Shown here: piece after piece, positions 15,422 through 21,801 of the stretch
Numbering within the stretch: position 1 is the stretch's first letter
Layout of the letters: every line of letters starts with the position of its first letter
IMG/VR virus record: IMGVR_UViG_3300006893_000001
Origin: a virus
DNA: 64,000 nucleotides
Direction: 5' to 3' (one strand)
Position numbers and translations under genes: made by a program
The notes under the pieces: model-generated
Databases searched by the model: none
What the model saw: only the letters and a program-made list of their open reading frames with translations
What the model was told of the DNA's origin: nothing

Positions 15422-15450
15422 CTCGGCCTTGCGTGCAATGCCGAGTTTTT
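15422..15450 (+). terminator. terminator-like hairpin inside the tRNA array
   Basis: CTCGGC-N12-GCCGAG (inner TTG/CAA pairs) followed by TTTTT; abuts tRNA-Phe start. Confidence 0.5.
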
Positions 15451-15524
15451 GTCGGGACAGCTCAAAGGTAGAGCATCGGTCTGAAAAGCCGAGGGTCTTG
15501 GTTCGATTCCAAGTCGCGACACCA
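15451..15524 (+). tRNA. tRNA-Phe (anticodon GAA)
   Basis: Anticodon stem TCGGT/GCCGA, loop CTGAAAA, T-arm CTTGG-TTCGATT-CCAAG, CCA encoded; one acceptor mismatch. Confidence 0.85.
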
Positions 15525-15528
15525 ATAT

Positions 15529-15605
15529 GCCCGAGTAGCCCAATTGGAAGAGGCGTTGGTCTTAGAAACCAAGCGTTACAGGTTCGAGTCCTGTGTCGGG
15601 TACCA
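15529..15605 (+). tRNA. tRNA with Leu anticodon UAG but class-I (5-nt) variable loop
   Basis: Loop CTTAGAA, stem TTGGT/ACCAA, Leu-like 3-bp D stem TAGCCCAATTGGAAGAGGC, A73, CCA; no long extra arm. Confidence 0.65.
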
Positions 15606-15608
15606 AAT

Positions 15609-15682
15609 GGTTCTGTTGCATAATGGAAGTGCATGCCCCTGTCCAGGGTAAAGCGCGGGTTCGATTCCCGCCAGAATCGCCA
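15609..15682 (+). tRNA. tRNA-Asp (anticodon GUC)
   Basis: Acceptor GGTTCTG/CAGAATC, loop CTGTCCA, T-arm GCGGG-TTCGATT-CCCGC, CCA encoded. Confidence 0.85.
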
Positions 15683-15683
15683 T

Positions 15684-15757
15684 GGGGATTTCGTTCAACG
15701 GCAGGACCACTGCCTTGCAAGCAGTGTATTAGGGTTCGATTCCCTAAGTCTCCACCA
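15684..15757 (+). tRNA. tRNA-Ala (anticodon UGC)
   Basis: Stem ACTGC/GCAGT, loop CTTGCAA, T-arm TAGGG-TTCGATT-CCCTA, CCA encoded. Confidence 0.85.
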
Positions 15758-15761
15758 ATGT

Positions 15762-15835
15762 TGTCTTGTAGTATAAGGGCATTACGGTCGGCTGTTAACC
15801 GACTTATGAGGGTTCGAGTCCTTCCGAGACAGCCA
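15762..15835 (+). tRNA. tRNA-Asn (anticodon GUU)
   Basis: Stem GTCGG/CCGAC, loop CTGTTAA, T-loop TTCGAGT, CCA encoded. Confidence 0.85.
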
Positions 15836-15836
15836 T

Positions 15837-15908
15837 GCCCTTATAGCTCAGTAGGAAGAGCGTCAGTCTTGTAAACTGATGAGGCCGGTTCGAATCCGGA
15901 CTGGGGCT
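15837..15908 (+). tRNA. tRNA-Thr (anticodon UGU)
   Basis: GCTCAGTAGGAAGAGC D-arm, stem TCAGT/ACTGA, loop CTTGTAA; two mismatches at the acceptor base; no encoded CCA. Confidence 0.75.
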
Positions 15909-15910
15909 CC

Positions 15911-15988
15911 GCACGCTTGATGTTTAACGGACAAGCATGTCTGCCTTCCAAGCAGAACGAACGGGTTCGAATCCCGTAGTGTGCTCCA
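15911..15988 (+). tRNA. tRNA-Gly (anticodon UCC)
   Basis: Acceptor GCACGCT/AGTGTGC, stem TCTGC/GCAGA, loop CTTCCAA, enlarged D region, CCA encoded. Confidence 0.8.
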
Positions 15989-16000
15989 AGTTTAGAAAAT

Positions 16001-16050
16001 GTTTCCGTTCGGCTCGCGACTGTACGGAAGCCAGGAGCCGCGAGCTCCTG
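16001..16050 (+). ncRNA. structured spacer RNA of unknown function (possible pseudoknot)
   Basis: 8-bp helix 16001-08/16024-31; 7-bp hairpin 16032-38/16044-50; loop 16011-18 can alternatively pair with 16039-46 (8 bp). Confidence 0.35.
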
Positions 16051-16053
16051 TGA

Positions 16054-16125
16054 TGCAGGGTCTTAAGGCAAGACCGCGGTCTCATAAGCCGCCGGGTTGA
16101 GGTTCGAGTCCTCTCTCTGCAACCA
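16054..16125 (+). tRNA. tRNA with CAU anticodon (Met or Ile2), compact D-arm
   Basis: Acceptor TGCAGGG/CTCTGCA, stem GCGGT/GCCGC, loop CTCATAA, T-loop TTCGAGT, CCA; only 15 nt between acceptor and anticodon stems. Confidence 0.65.
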
Positions 16126-16126
16126 T

Positions 16127-16198
16127 GGTAGAGATAGTGTAGTGGCAGCACGGCAGGCTGTGAACCTGTTGGCTAGGGTTCGATTCCCGACTTTACCC
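16127..16198 (+). tRNA. tRNA-His (anticodon GUG)
   Basis: Acceptor GGTAGAG/CTTTACC, loop CTGTGAA, discriminator C; nucleotide -1 is T, so no encoded G-1. Confidence 0.8.
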
Positions 16199-16204
16199 CA
16201 ATGT

Positions 16205-16279
16205 ACGCTCGTGGTATAACGGATGTGCCTCCGGCTACGAACCGGTTGTATGCGGGTTCGATTCCTGTCGAGCGTGCCA
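16205..16279 (+). tRNA. tRNA-Arg (anticodon ACG)
   Basis: Perfect acceptor ACGCTCG/CGAGCGT, loop CTACGAA, CCA encoded. Confidence 0.85.
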
Positions 16280-16280
16280 T

Positions 16281-16355
16281 AACTCCTTCGCCAAGTGGGA
16301 AGGCGGCGGTCTGCAAAACCGCCAAGAGCGGGTTCGATTCCCGCAGGAGTTTCCA
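16281..16355 (+). tRNA. tRNA-Cys (anticodon GCA)
   Basis: Perfect acceptor AACTCCT/AGGAGTT, stem GCGGT/ACCGC, loop CTGCAAA, CCA encoded. Confidence 0.85.
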
Positions 16356-16356
16356 T

Positions 16357-16447
16357 GTAGAGGTAGTCCAAGTGGCTGAAGGCATCCGGCTGTAACCCGG
16401 ATACGTCGCAAGGCGTCTCGTTGGTTCGAATCCAACTCTCTACACCA
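16357..16447 (+). tRNA. tRNA-Tyr (anticodon GUA), class II
   Basis: Stem TCCGG/CCGGA, loop CTGTAAC, long variable arm, CCA encoded. Confidence 0.85.
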
Positions 16448-16448
16448 C

Positions 16449-16540
16449 GGATGTTTGTCTGAGAGGTTGAAGGTGGTCGCCCGCTAAGCGACTTAGGTAG
16501 TAAAGTGCCTACGGAGGTTCGAATCCTCCAACATCCGCCA
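16449..16540 (+). tRNA. tRNA-Ser (anticodon GCU), class II
   Basis: Perfect acceptor GGATGTT/AACATCC, loop CCGCTAA (C at position 33), long variable arm, CCA. Confidence 0.8.
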
Positions 16541-16545
16541 AGTTT

Positions 16546-16631
16546 GGATGATGCCGCTGAATGGTCGGCGAACGGTCTTGAAAACCGTGGGGACTGAAAG
16601 GTTCGGGGTTCGATTCCTCAATCATCCGCCA
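16546..16631 (+). tRNA. tRNA-Ser (anticodon UGA), class II
   Basis: Perfect acceptor GGATGAT/ATCATCC, stem ACGGT/ACCGT, loop CTTGAAA, long variable arm, CCA. Confidence 0.85.
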
Positions 16632-16633
16632 AT

Positions 16634-16709
16634 GCGCTTGTAGCCCAACGGCAGAGGCAGCGGCTTCAAAACCCGCTCAGTAGTGGTTCAAATCCACTCT
16701 TGCGCACCA
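16634..16709 (+). tRNA. tRNA with Leu anticodon CAA but class-I (5-nt) variable loop
   Basis: Loop TTCAAAA closed by a C-C mismatch, D-arm TAGCCCAACGGCAGAGGC like 15529 tRNA, A73, CCA; two T-T acceptor mismatches. Confidence 0.6.
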
Positions 16710-16712
16710 TGT

Positions 16713-16787
16713 ACTCCGTTCGTCTAACTGGCAGGACGGCTGACTCTGAATCAGTAAATCGGGGTTCGAATCCCTGATGGAGTGCCA
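16713..16787 (+). tRNA. tRNA-Gln (anticodon CUG)
   Basis: Acceptor ACTCCGT/ATGGAGT, loop CTCTGAA, CCA; near-duplicate of the next tRNA. Confidence 0.85.
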
Positions 16788-16791
16788 ATGT

Positions 16792-16866
16792 ACTGGGTTC
16801 GTCTAACTGGCAGGACGGTGGACTTTGAATCCACCTATCGTGGTTCGAATCCATGACCCAGTGCCA
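16792..16866 (+). tRNA. tRNA-Gln (anticodon UUG)
   Basis: Perfect acceptor ACTGGGT/ACCCAGT, stem GTGGA/TCCAC, loop CTTTGAA, CCA. Confidence 0.85.
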
Positions 16867-16869
16867 AAT

Positions 16870-16941
16870 ATCGTCGTGGTATAACGGATGTGCCTCCGCC
16901 TTCTAAGCGGAACGATGCGGGTTCGACTCCTGCCGACGATG
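16870..16941 (+). tRNA. tRNA-Arg (anticodon UCU)
   Basis: Perfect acceptor ATCGTCG/CGACGAT, stem TCCGC/GCGGA, loop CTTCTAA; no CCA. Confidence 0.85.
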
Positions 16942-16944
16942 CAT

Positions 16945-17020
16945 ACTCGGGTAGCTTAGTGGCTAAAGCGCCTGTCCTACAAACAGGTTAGCGGAGGTTC
17001 GACTCCTCTTCCGAGTACCA
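16945..17020 (+). tRNA. tRNA-Val (anticodon UAC)
   Basis: Stem CCTGT/ACAGG, loop CCTACAA (C at position 33), T-arm GGAGG-TTCGACT-CCTCT, CCA. Confidence 0.8.
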
Positions 17021-17021
17021 T

Positions 17022-17096
17022 ACCTGTGTGGCGCAATGGCAGCGCAACCGGCTTTTAACCGGATGGTTGCGGGTTCAAGTCCCGCTGCAGGTACCA
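17022..17096 (+). tRNA. tRNA-Lys (anticodon UUU)
   Basis: Loop CTTTTAA, T-arm GCGGG-TTCAAGT-CCCGC, CCA. Confidence 0.85.
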
Positions 17097-17097
17097 T

Positions 17098-17169
17098 GCT
17101 CGCGTGGCGCAATGGCAGCGCAGCCGGCTCTTAACCGGATGGTTGTAGGTTCGACTCCTACTGTGAGCA
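17098..17169 (+). tRNA. tRNA-Lys (anticodon CUU)
   Basis: Loop CTCTTAA; body nearly identical to the previous Lys tRNA; no CCA. Confidence 0.85.
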
Positions 17170-17175
17170 CATTAT

Positions 17176-17248
17176 ACTGGAGTAGCTAAATGGTTACGGC
17201 ACACGCCTGATAAGCGTGGGATTGATGGTTCGAATCCATCCTTCAGTA
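17176..17248 (+). tRNA. tRNA-Ile (anticodon GAU)
   Basis: Stem CACGC/GCGTG, loop CTGATAA, T-arm GATGG-TTCGAAT-CCATC. Confidence 0.85.
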
Positions 17249-17249
17249 C

Positions 17250-17322
17250 ACTAGGATAGCACAACGGTCAGTGCTCCAGGCTTATATCCTGGTCGATGTT
17301 GGTTCGAATCCAGCTCCTAGTA
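17250..17322 (+). tRNA. tRNA-Ile (anticodon UAU)
   Basis: Perfect acceptor ACTAGGA/TCCTAGT, stem CCAGG/CCTGG, loop CTTATAT. Confidence 0.8.
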
Positions 17323-17329
17323 CAGATTT

Positions 17330-17401
17330 GTTGGCGTAGTGTAACGGTAACACAGCAGCCTCTCAGACTGCGAAATTCGGGTTCAAATCCCGACGCTAAT
17401 A
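17330..17401 (+). tRNA. tRNA-Glu (anticodon CUC)
   Basis: D-arm GTGT-AACGGTA-ACAC, loop CTCTCAG with a C-A closing mismatch, T-loop TTCAAAT. Confidence 0.75.
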
Positions 17402-17402
17402 C

Positions 17403-17473
17403 GTTGACATGATGTAATGGAAACATCCTGCCCTTTCAAGGCGGTCATCCGGGTTCGAATCCCGGTGTCAATG
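17403..17473 (+). tRNA. tRNA-Glu (anticodon UUC)
   Basis: Acceptor GTTGACA/TGTCAAT, stem CTGCC/GGCGG, loop CTTTCAA. Confidence 0.85.
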
Positions 17474-17474
17474 C

Positions 17475-17545
17475 GGGCTGGGCGCTGAGCGCAGACGAGC
17501 CTCCAAAGCTTGTCGTGCTGGGTTCAATTCCTAGACGGCCCGCCA
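17475..17545 (+). tRNA. tRNA-Trp (anticodon CCA), compact D-arm
   Basis: Stem CGAGC/GCTTG, loop CTCCAAA, T-arm CTGGG-TTCAATT-CCTAG, CCA; D region only 14 nt (GCGC-TGA-GCGC). Confidence 0.7.
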
Positions 17546-17757
17546 CATTTCGTCCACTGGCGGTAGCAATATATGTAGACCGCAGAATACGCTACCGCAG
17601 GGACTAACAAAGCGTAGTCATGTGAATAGAATGCGTACACAACCCACAAAATCTGCGATAGCAAAGCGACAAGCCATCCAACCGCGTTGTATTTGCCCGT
17701 CATCCACATGCCAATAAATCCGCACAGTGTAATCAAGGTTGTCATAAATTCGTTCAT
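17524..17757 (-). CDS. small three-helix membrane protein (77 aa), possible PnuC/SemiSWEET-like
   Basis: GMWMTGKYNAVGWLVALLSQILWVVYAF...VYIYCYRQW; 3' end overlaps tRNA-Trp by 22 nt on the opposite strand. Confidence 0.5.
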   Translation of the reverse strand: MNEFMTTLITLCGFIGMWMTGKYNAVGWLVALLSQILWVVYAFYSHDYALLVPAVAYSAVYIYCYRQWTKCGGPSRN

Positions 17758-18170
17758 ACTATGTGACCAGACCTTATTGTTTCTCGTGCTTGAATAATTC
17801 CAAGCGACTTTATCTTATCGTCGTCCATTCGTTTCCCATCTCGATTCAATTCTGCTTTACGGGCCACCAGGTACCAAGCAATGTAAGCATCGCGAAGTGG
17901 TCCGGATTTCAATCCACCAGCTGGCGTCGCAACAGCATCAAGCCCATGTTCTTGAATAACTGGACGAAGGTATCCTGCAATTCTTGCCCTGACTGAGTTT
18001 GGTGAAAGCTTATCTAACGCTACTTTAGCAACCTTCTTCATAGGTTGCTGCGAATTTTTACGAGGAATGAGACCACGAAGAGAGTCTAGCAGCTCGTCAT
18101 AAGTCATATCGTGAATTAGTTTCTTAAGGCGCTGTCGCACCTCTAGAGCCTTGGCGCGAGCTTCGGTCAA
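17754..18170 (-). CDS. hypothetical protein (138 aa)
   Basis: ORF track; ATGA coupling on both sides. Confidence 0.6.
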   Translation of the reverse strand: MTEARAKALEVRQRLKKLIHDMTYDELLDSLRGLIPRKNSQQPMKKVAKVALDKLSPNSVRARIAGYLRPVIQEHGLDAVATPAGGLKSGPLRDAYIAWYLVARKAELNRDGKRMDDDKIKSLGIIQARETIRSGHIV

Positions 18171-18550
18171 AGTTTAGGTTGCTGACCTTTTCCCCAGCTC
18201 TTCTCGTATGCCAGGAGTACTGGATGAATTGGCTCTTCTGTCTTACCGCTTTTGATAATGTTTTCCATAGTGTCGGTTATGATTTCAGTTGAAGCCATAA
18301 GGGTCTCAGATTCAGGTAGTCCACTGACTACAGCTAGGAATATAGAGCCGCATAGAGAGCGAGGCGTGTGATTGATGTTAGGGTTGTAAACAACCCGCCA
18401 ATCTAAATTGAATGCTTCGGTGATGATGCCAACTGCGAGGTCACGGGCTCTTGAAGGTTGCTGCTGAATTATTCTTTCGCGCACTGCAACTGCTAGACTA
18501 ATAGTTTGTCTGAACAAGTTTTCAAGTTCCACAGGAGGATAGTTCTGCAT
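18167..18550 (-). CDS. hypothetical protein (127 aa)
   Basis: ORF track; coupled. Confidence 0.6.
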   Translation of the reverse strand: MQNYPPVELENLFRQTISLAVAVRERIIQQQPSRARDLAVGIITEAFNLDWRVVYNPNINHTPRSLCGSIFLAVVSGLPESETLMASTEIITDTMENIIKSGKTEEPIHPVLLAYEKSWGKGQQPKL

Positions 18551-18552
18551 AG

Positions 18553-18828
18553 CTACCTACCTTTTCTCGCAAGTTTACGGCGTCGCACCGCTTGTTGTCG
18601 CAGGACGTCAAGGACATGCAGGAGACACCGAGGCTCACCATTCCTGCGTGTAACCCAGAAGATTGCTATATGGGGACAGTATTTCCCGAGTTCTACTATG
18701 TGCTGGCAGCGAGGCGTGTCTTCAAGACCCTTGGTCTCCACCGCTGCAATTTCTTTGTCATCAGCCGCTTTTTGAATGACCTGCAGTAATACACTACGAA
18801 AGGCGTTACCGCGAGGATAAGTTGTCAT
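18553..18828 (-). CDS. hypothetical protein (91 aa)
   Basis: ORF track; basic C-terminus. Confidence 0.55.
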   Translation of the reverse strand: MTTYPRGNAFRSVLLQVIQKAADDKEIAAVETKGLEDTPRCQHIVELGKYCPHIAIFWVTRRNGEPRCLLHVLDVLRQQAVRRRKLARKGR

Positions 18829-18863
18829 TTAGTAAATACCGAAAGAATGGGTAGAAGGGAAAA

Positions 18864-19016
18864 TCATGTCTCGCGTGGAAGCCTTATGTTCACCTCATCG
18901 CAAGCATCAAGATATTCTCTCGCAAGTTTGCGCTGATGTGGAGTGAGTTCCAGGCATTTGAGTAAACCTTCAACTAAGCGACGCAAAGTTTCAAGTTCAA
19001 CTGTGTACTCTTCCAT
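18864..19016 (-). CDS. small hypothetical protein (50 aa)
   Basis: Below track cutoff; ATG 26 nt from the divergent primase start; helical sequence MEEYTVELETLRRLVEGLL. Confidence 0.4.
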   Translation of the reverse strand: MEEYTVELETLRRLVEGLLKCLELTPHQRKLAREYLDACDEVNIRLPRET

Positions 19017-19042
19017 GAAAATATTGTATCATAATCTAGCTA

Positions 19043-21643
19043 ATGCCGTACACCCGGCAGAATAAGGACGAAACTATAATTGTGATGGAACCGACGGTTC
19101 TGTTCGACTTGTCACCCGCACACCAAGACAAACTATTCCGCCAGTCTGGCATTTCTGTAGAAGTTGCTGCTGGTCGCGGATACCGCACGGTGACCAAGGA
19201 CGAAGACGGTCTCAACTACCGTGAAAATGGTTGGGGCTCACTTGTTCGATTCATGCCTGCGCTCGAAATACCCATTTGGACACCAAATGGTAGGTCTTCT
19301 GTTCCTCAACTTCGCCCAGACAATCCGCGTGTTCGTGATGGCAAAGTCGTTAAGTATGAGTTCCCTCCTGGAGAATCGCTCCATTTAGACGTTCACCCAT
19401 CATTGGTTGAACGAGTCAAGGGACTTGAGCCTCTGTACATTACAGAAGGCGTGCTCAAGGCCGACTCAGCAACATCGCGTGGAGCTTGTTGCGTCGCGCT
19501 CATGGGTGTCTACGGATTCCGTGGCACGAACCTATATGGCGGATTAACTGCACTCGCTGAGTGGCAGGACATTAACCTCGCCAACCGCGACGTTTACATC
19601 GTATTCGACTCTGACGTCGTGCAGAAGATTCAAGTCCGTCAAGCATTGCTCGCATTTTCAAACTTTCTCAATGGCAAAAGGGCTCGCGTTCATGTCGTCC
19701 GCTTCGTCCCGGGTGACAATGGCGCGAAAGTTGGCCTCGACGACTACCTCGTTGCTGGCGGAACAATCGAAGGCTTGTCCGCTCTTTCTACAGATACGGA
19801 CCGTCAACCCGACCTCATTATCGAAGATAAAGTTGTTTATCAAACTCATGGCGGTGTTATTTGTGAGATGGACCAGAACAGTGATGGTTCGCGCACAGCT
19901 ACTCGCCTTTGCAACTTCGACGCTCGCGTTAAGAAGCTTGTCGTTGTTGACGACGGCGTGATGATAAACCGTGAAGTTCTCATTGGCGGGTCAACGGCAC
20001 TAGGTACGTTGCCTGACATTCGCATTCCAACCACAGACTTTGCGTCCATGTCTTGGGTTGAGGACAAGTGGGCAGGTAAGGCATTCGTTGAGTCTGGTAC
20101 ATCTAAGGACAAGCTGCGTGTAGGAATCTGGGATTTGACTATCAAGGAAGTAGGTGTTATCGATGAAGAAGTACACTATGCCCATGTCGGTTGGCGAAAA
20201 ATTGGACAACACCATTATTACCTCACAGCTAGCGGAGGACTACATGGCGATGGTCTCGACGGTAGTATTATCGTTGAACATATACCTCATTTGCGCAACT
20301 ACAGCCTTGAAGACCAAGCGCATAGTTCCTCGTTGGTTGAAGATGTGCGCCAATCTATCGGACTACTTGACTTGGGACCCTTGGCAACCTACTCCGCTCT
20401 CCTTGGAGCAACATACCTTGCGCCTTTGGGCGAGTGGGTCGATACTAACTTCGCCGTTTTCATCGAGGGTCAGACCGGTTCGTTAAAGACCGAATCTGCT
20501 GCCCTGATGCAGGGACATTACGGTAAGGAGTTCAACGCAAGTTCGCTTCCAGGTGCGTGGATTTCAACCGGTAACTCTCTCGAACATCAGGCATCGCAAA
20601 CTAAAGACGCAGTCTTTGTGGTCGACGATTATAAGCCAGCTGGTAATCGTTACGAAATGCAGAAGATGCAGAGCACGGCGGAGCGATTCATTCGTAGCAT
20701 CGGTAATCGTGCGGGACGCGGCCGTCTTAATCCTGACGCTACTTCTAAGGCAACGTACATTCCTCGAGGCGTAGTCATCTGCACCGGCGAAGATTTGCCT
20801 AACGGCGAGTCTCTCAGAGCTCGCATCGCATCTGTCTCATTAAAGCCAGGTGATTTTAACCTCGAGGAATTGACTCGAGCGCAGCAACGAAGAGACGAAG
20901 GGGTTTACGCTCGAGCGATGTCTGGTTATATTCAGTGGATAGCTCGTCAAACTGAAACTATTCAAGCTACAGTCGATGCCGACGTTGAAATTCTGCGTAC
21001 CCAGTTCCATGGAACTGATGCTCATCTTCGTTCGCGAACTATCTTTGGTATTCTTTTGGTTGGCCTAAAGAACATTTTGCGGTTCGCTGTCGACATTGAA
21101 GCATACTCGCAAGCAGAGGCAGATTCCATTTTTAATCGTAGCGTTCACGCGCTCCTTGGTCATTTACCAGAGCAGACAGCACAATCTCGCGAGCAGGACC
21201 CAGTTAACAAGTTTCTGGAGGCGCTGCAGTCAGGCTTTGCTGGTGGCCGATGCCACTTGATGGCCACTAATACAAACATCTTTACTGAAGGTCTCGAAGC
21301 ATTCGGTTGGCGCACACGCGATAATGGTGACCATTATCCTACGGGCCCGTGCGTTGGATTCGTTGATTTTGACCATAACGAAGTATTCCTTATCGGGTCT
21401 GAAGCTTACGAAGTAGCGGCGAATCGTGGTGGCATCGATGTTACGCAGCGCCGACTCTTCCAAACAATGAAAGAACGCCAAATGCTTGGACCGCGTCAAG
21501 AGCAGAACGTCGTGTCTATCGTTAAGCGCACTGCGTCGGGTCGAGTTCGCGTCATTCCGTTGAAGAGAGACCTAATACAAATCGACGAGCCAGTATCTGA
21601 CGAACAGGTTGCAGCTAATCTTGAAGAGGAGCAGAACTTCTAA
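19043..21643 (+). CDS. Toprim (DUF3854-like) primase fused to a P-loop NTPase/helicase-like domain
   Basis: KYEFPPG, ITEGVLKADS, IVFDSDVV, VGLDDYL; later GQTGSLKT and VFVVDDYKP. Confidence 0.7.
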   Translation: MPYTRQNKDETIIVMEPTVLFDLSPAHQDKLFRQSGISVEVAAGRGYRTVTKDEDGLNYRENGWGSLVRFMPALEIPIWTPNGRSSVPQLRPDNPRVRDGKVVKYEFPPGESLHLDVHPSLVERVKGLEPLYITEGVLKADSATSRGACCVALMGVYGFRGTNLYGGLTALAEWQDINLANRDVYIVFDSDVVQKIQVRQALLAFSNFLNGKRARVHVVRFVPGDNGAKVGLDDYLVAGGTIEGLSALSTDTDRQPDLIIEDKVVYQTHGGVICEMDQNSDGSRTATRLCNFDARVKKLVVVDDGVMINREVLIGGSTALGTLPDIRIPTTDFASMSWVEDKWAGKAFVESGTSKDKLRVGIWDLTIKEVGVIDEEVHYAHVGWRKIGQHHYYLTASGGLHGDGLDGSIIVEHIPHLRNYSLEDQAHSSSLVEDVRQSIGLLDLGPLATYSALLGATYLAPLGEWVDTNFAVFIEGQTGSLKTESAALMQGHYGKEFNASSLPGAWISTGNSLEHQASQTKDAVFVVDDYKPAGNRYEMQKMQSTAERFIRSIGNRAGRGRLNPDATSKATYIPRGVVICTGEDLPNGESLRARIASVSLKPGDFNLEELTRAQQRRDEGVYARAMSGYIQWIARQTETIQATVDADVEILRTQFHGTDAHLRSRTIFGILLVGLKNILRFAVDIEAYSQAEADSIFNRSVHALLGHLPEQTAQSREQDPVNKFLEALQSGFAGGRCHLMATNTNIFTEGLEAFGWRTRDNGDHYPTGPCVGFVDFDHNEVFLIGSEAYEVAANRGGIDVTQRRLFQTMKERQMLGPRQEQNVVSIVKRTASGRVRVIPLKRDLIQIDEPVSDEQVAANLEEEQNF

Positions 21644-21801
21644 TGCCTCGACCTGATAATATTCGATCGTGCGATTGGCCTGAAGATTATTCTCATGAAA
21701 ACGGGAACTATGAGTGCGAATGTTGTTATTGCCATGTTCACTTCAAGGGGCATAAACGACGTGTTGTTTGCAAAGTTTGTGCAGAACGGAGAAAACGATG
21801 A
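21643..21801 (+). CDS. Cys-rich small protein (52 aa)
   Basis: TAATG and ATGA coupling; CECCYCHVH...CKVC. Confidence 0.4.
   Translation: MPRPDNIRSCDWPEDYSHENGNYECECCYCHVHFKGHKRRVVCKVCAERRKR

Noticed and set aside
15989-16053. Degenerate 28th tRNA in the long spacer
   Set aside because: There is no GTTCRANYC T-loop, no acceptor pairing and no 7-nt anticodon loop. I report it only as a structured RNA of unknown function.
15322-16854. Track ORFs on both strands across the tRNA array (e.g. 15322..15543, 15326..15634, 15593..15874, 16063..16371, 16666..16854)
   Set aside because: They are built from back-to-back tRNA sequences. They have no SD and repetitive GFEP/SNP-type translations arising from T-arm repeats.
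15341-17545. tRNA array as an integration site or prophage boundary
   Set aside because: No integrase, excisionase or att-like duplicated tRNA 3' fragment is present anywhere in the window.
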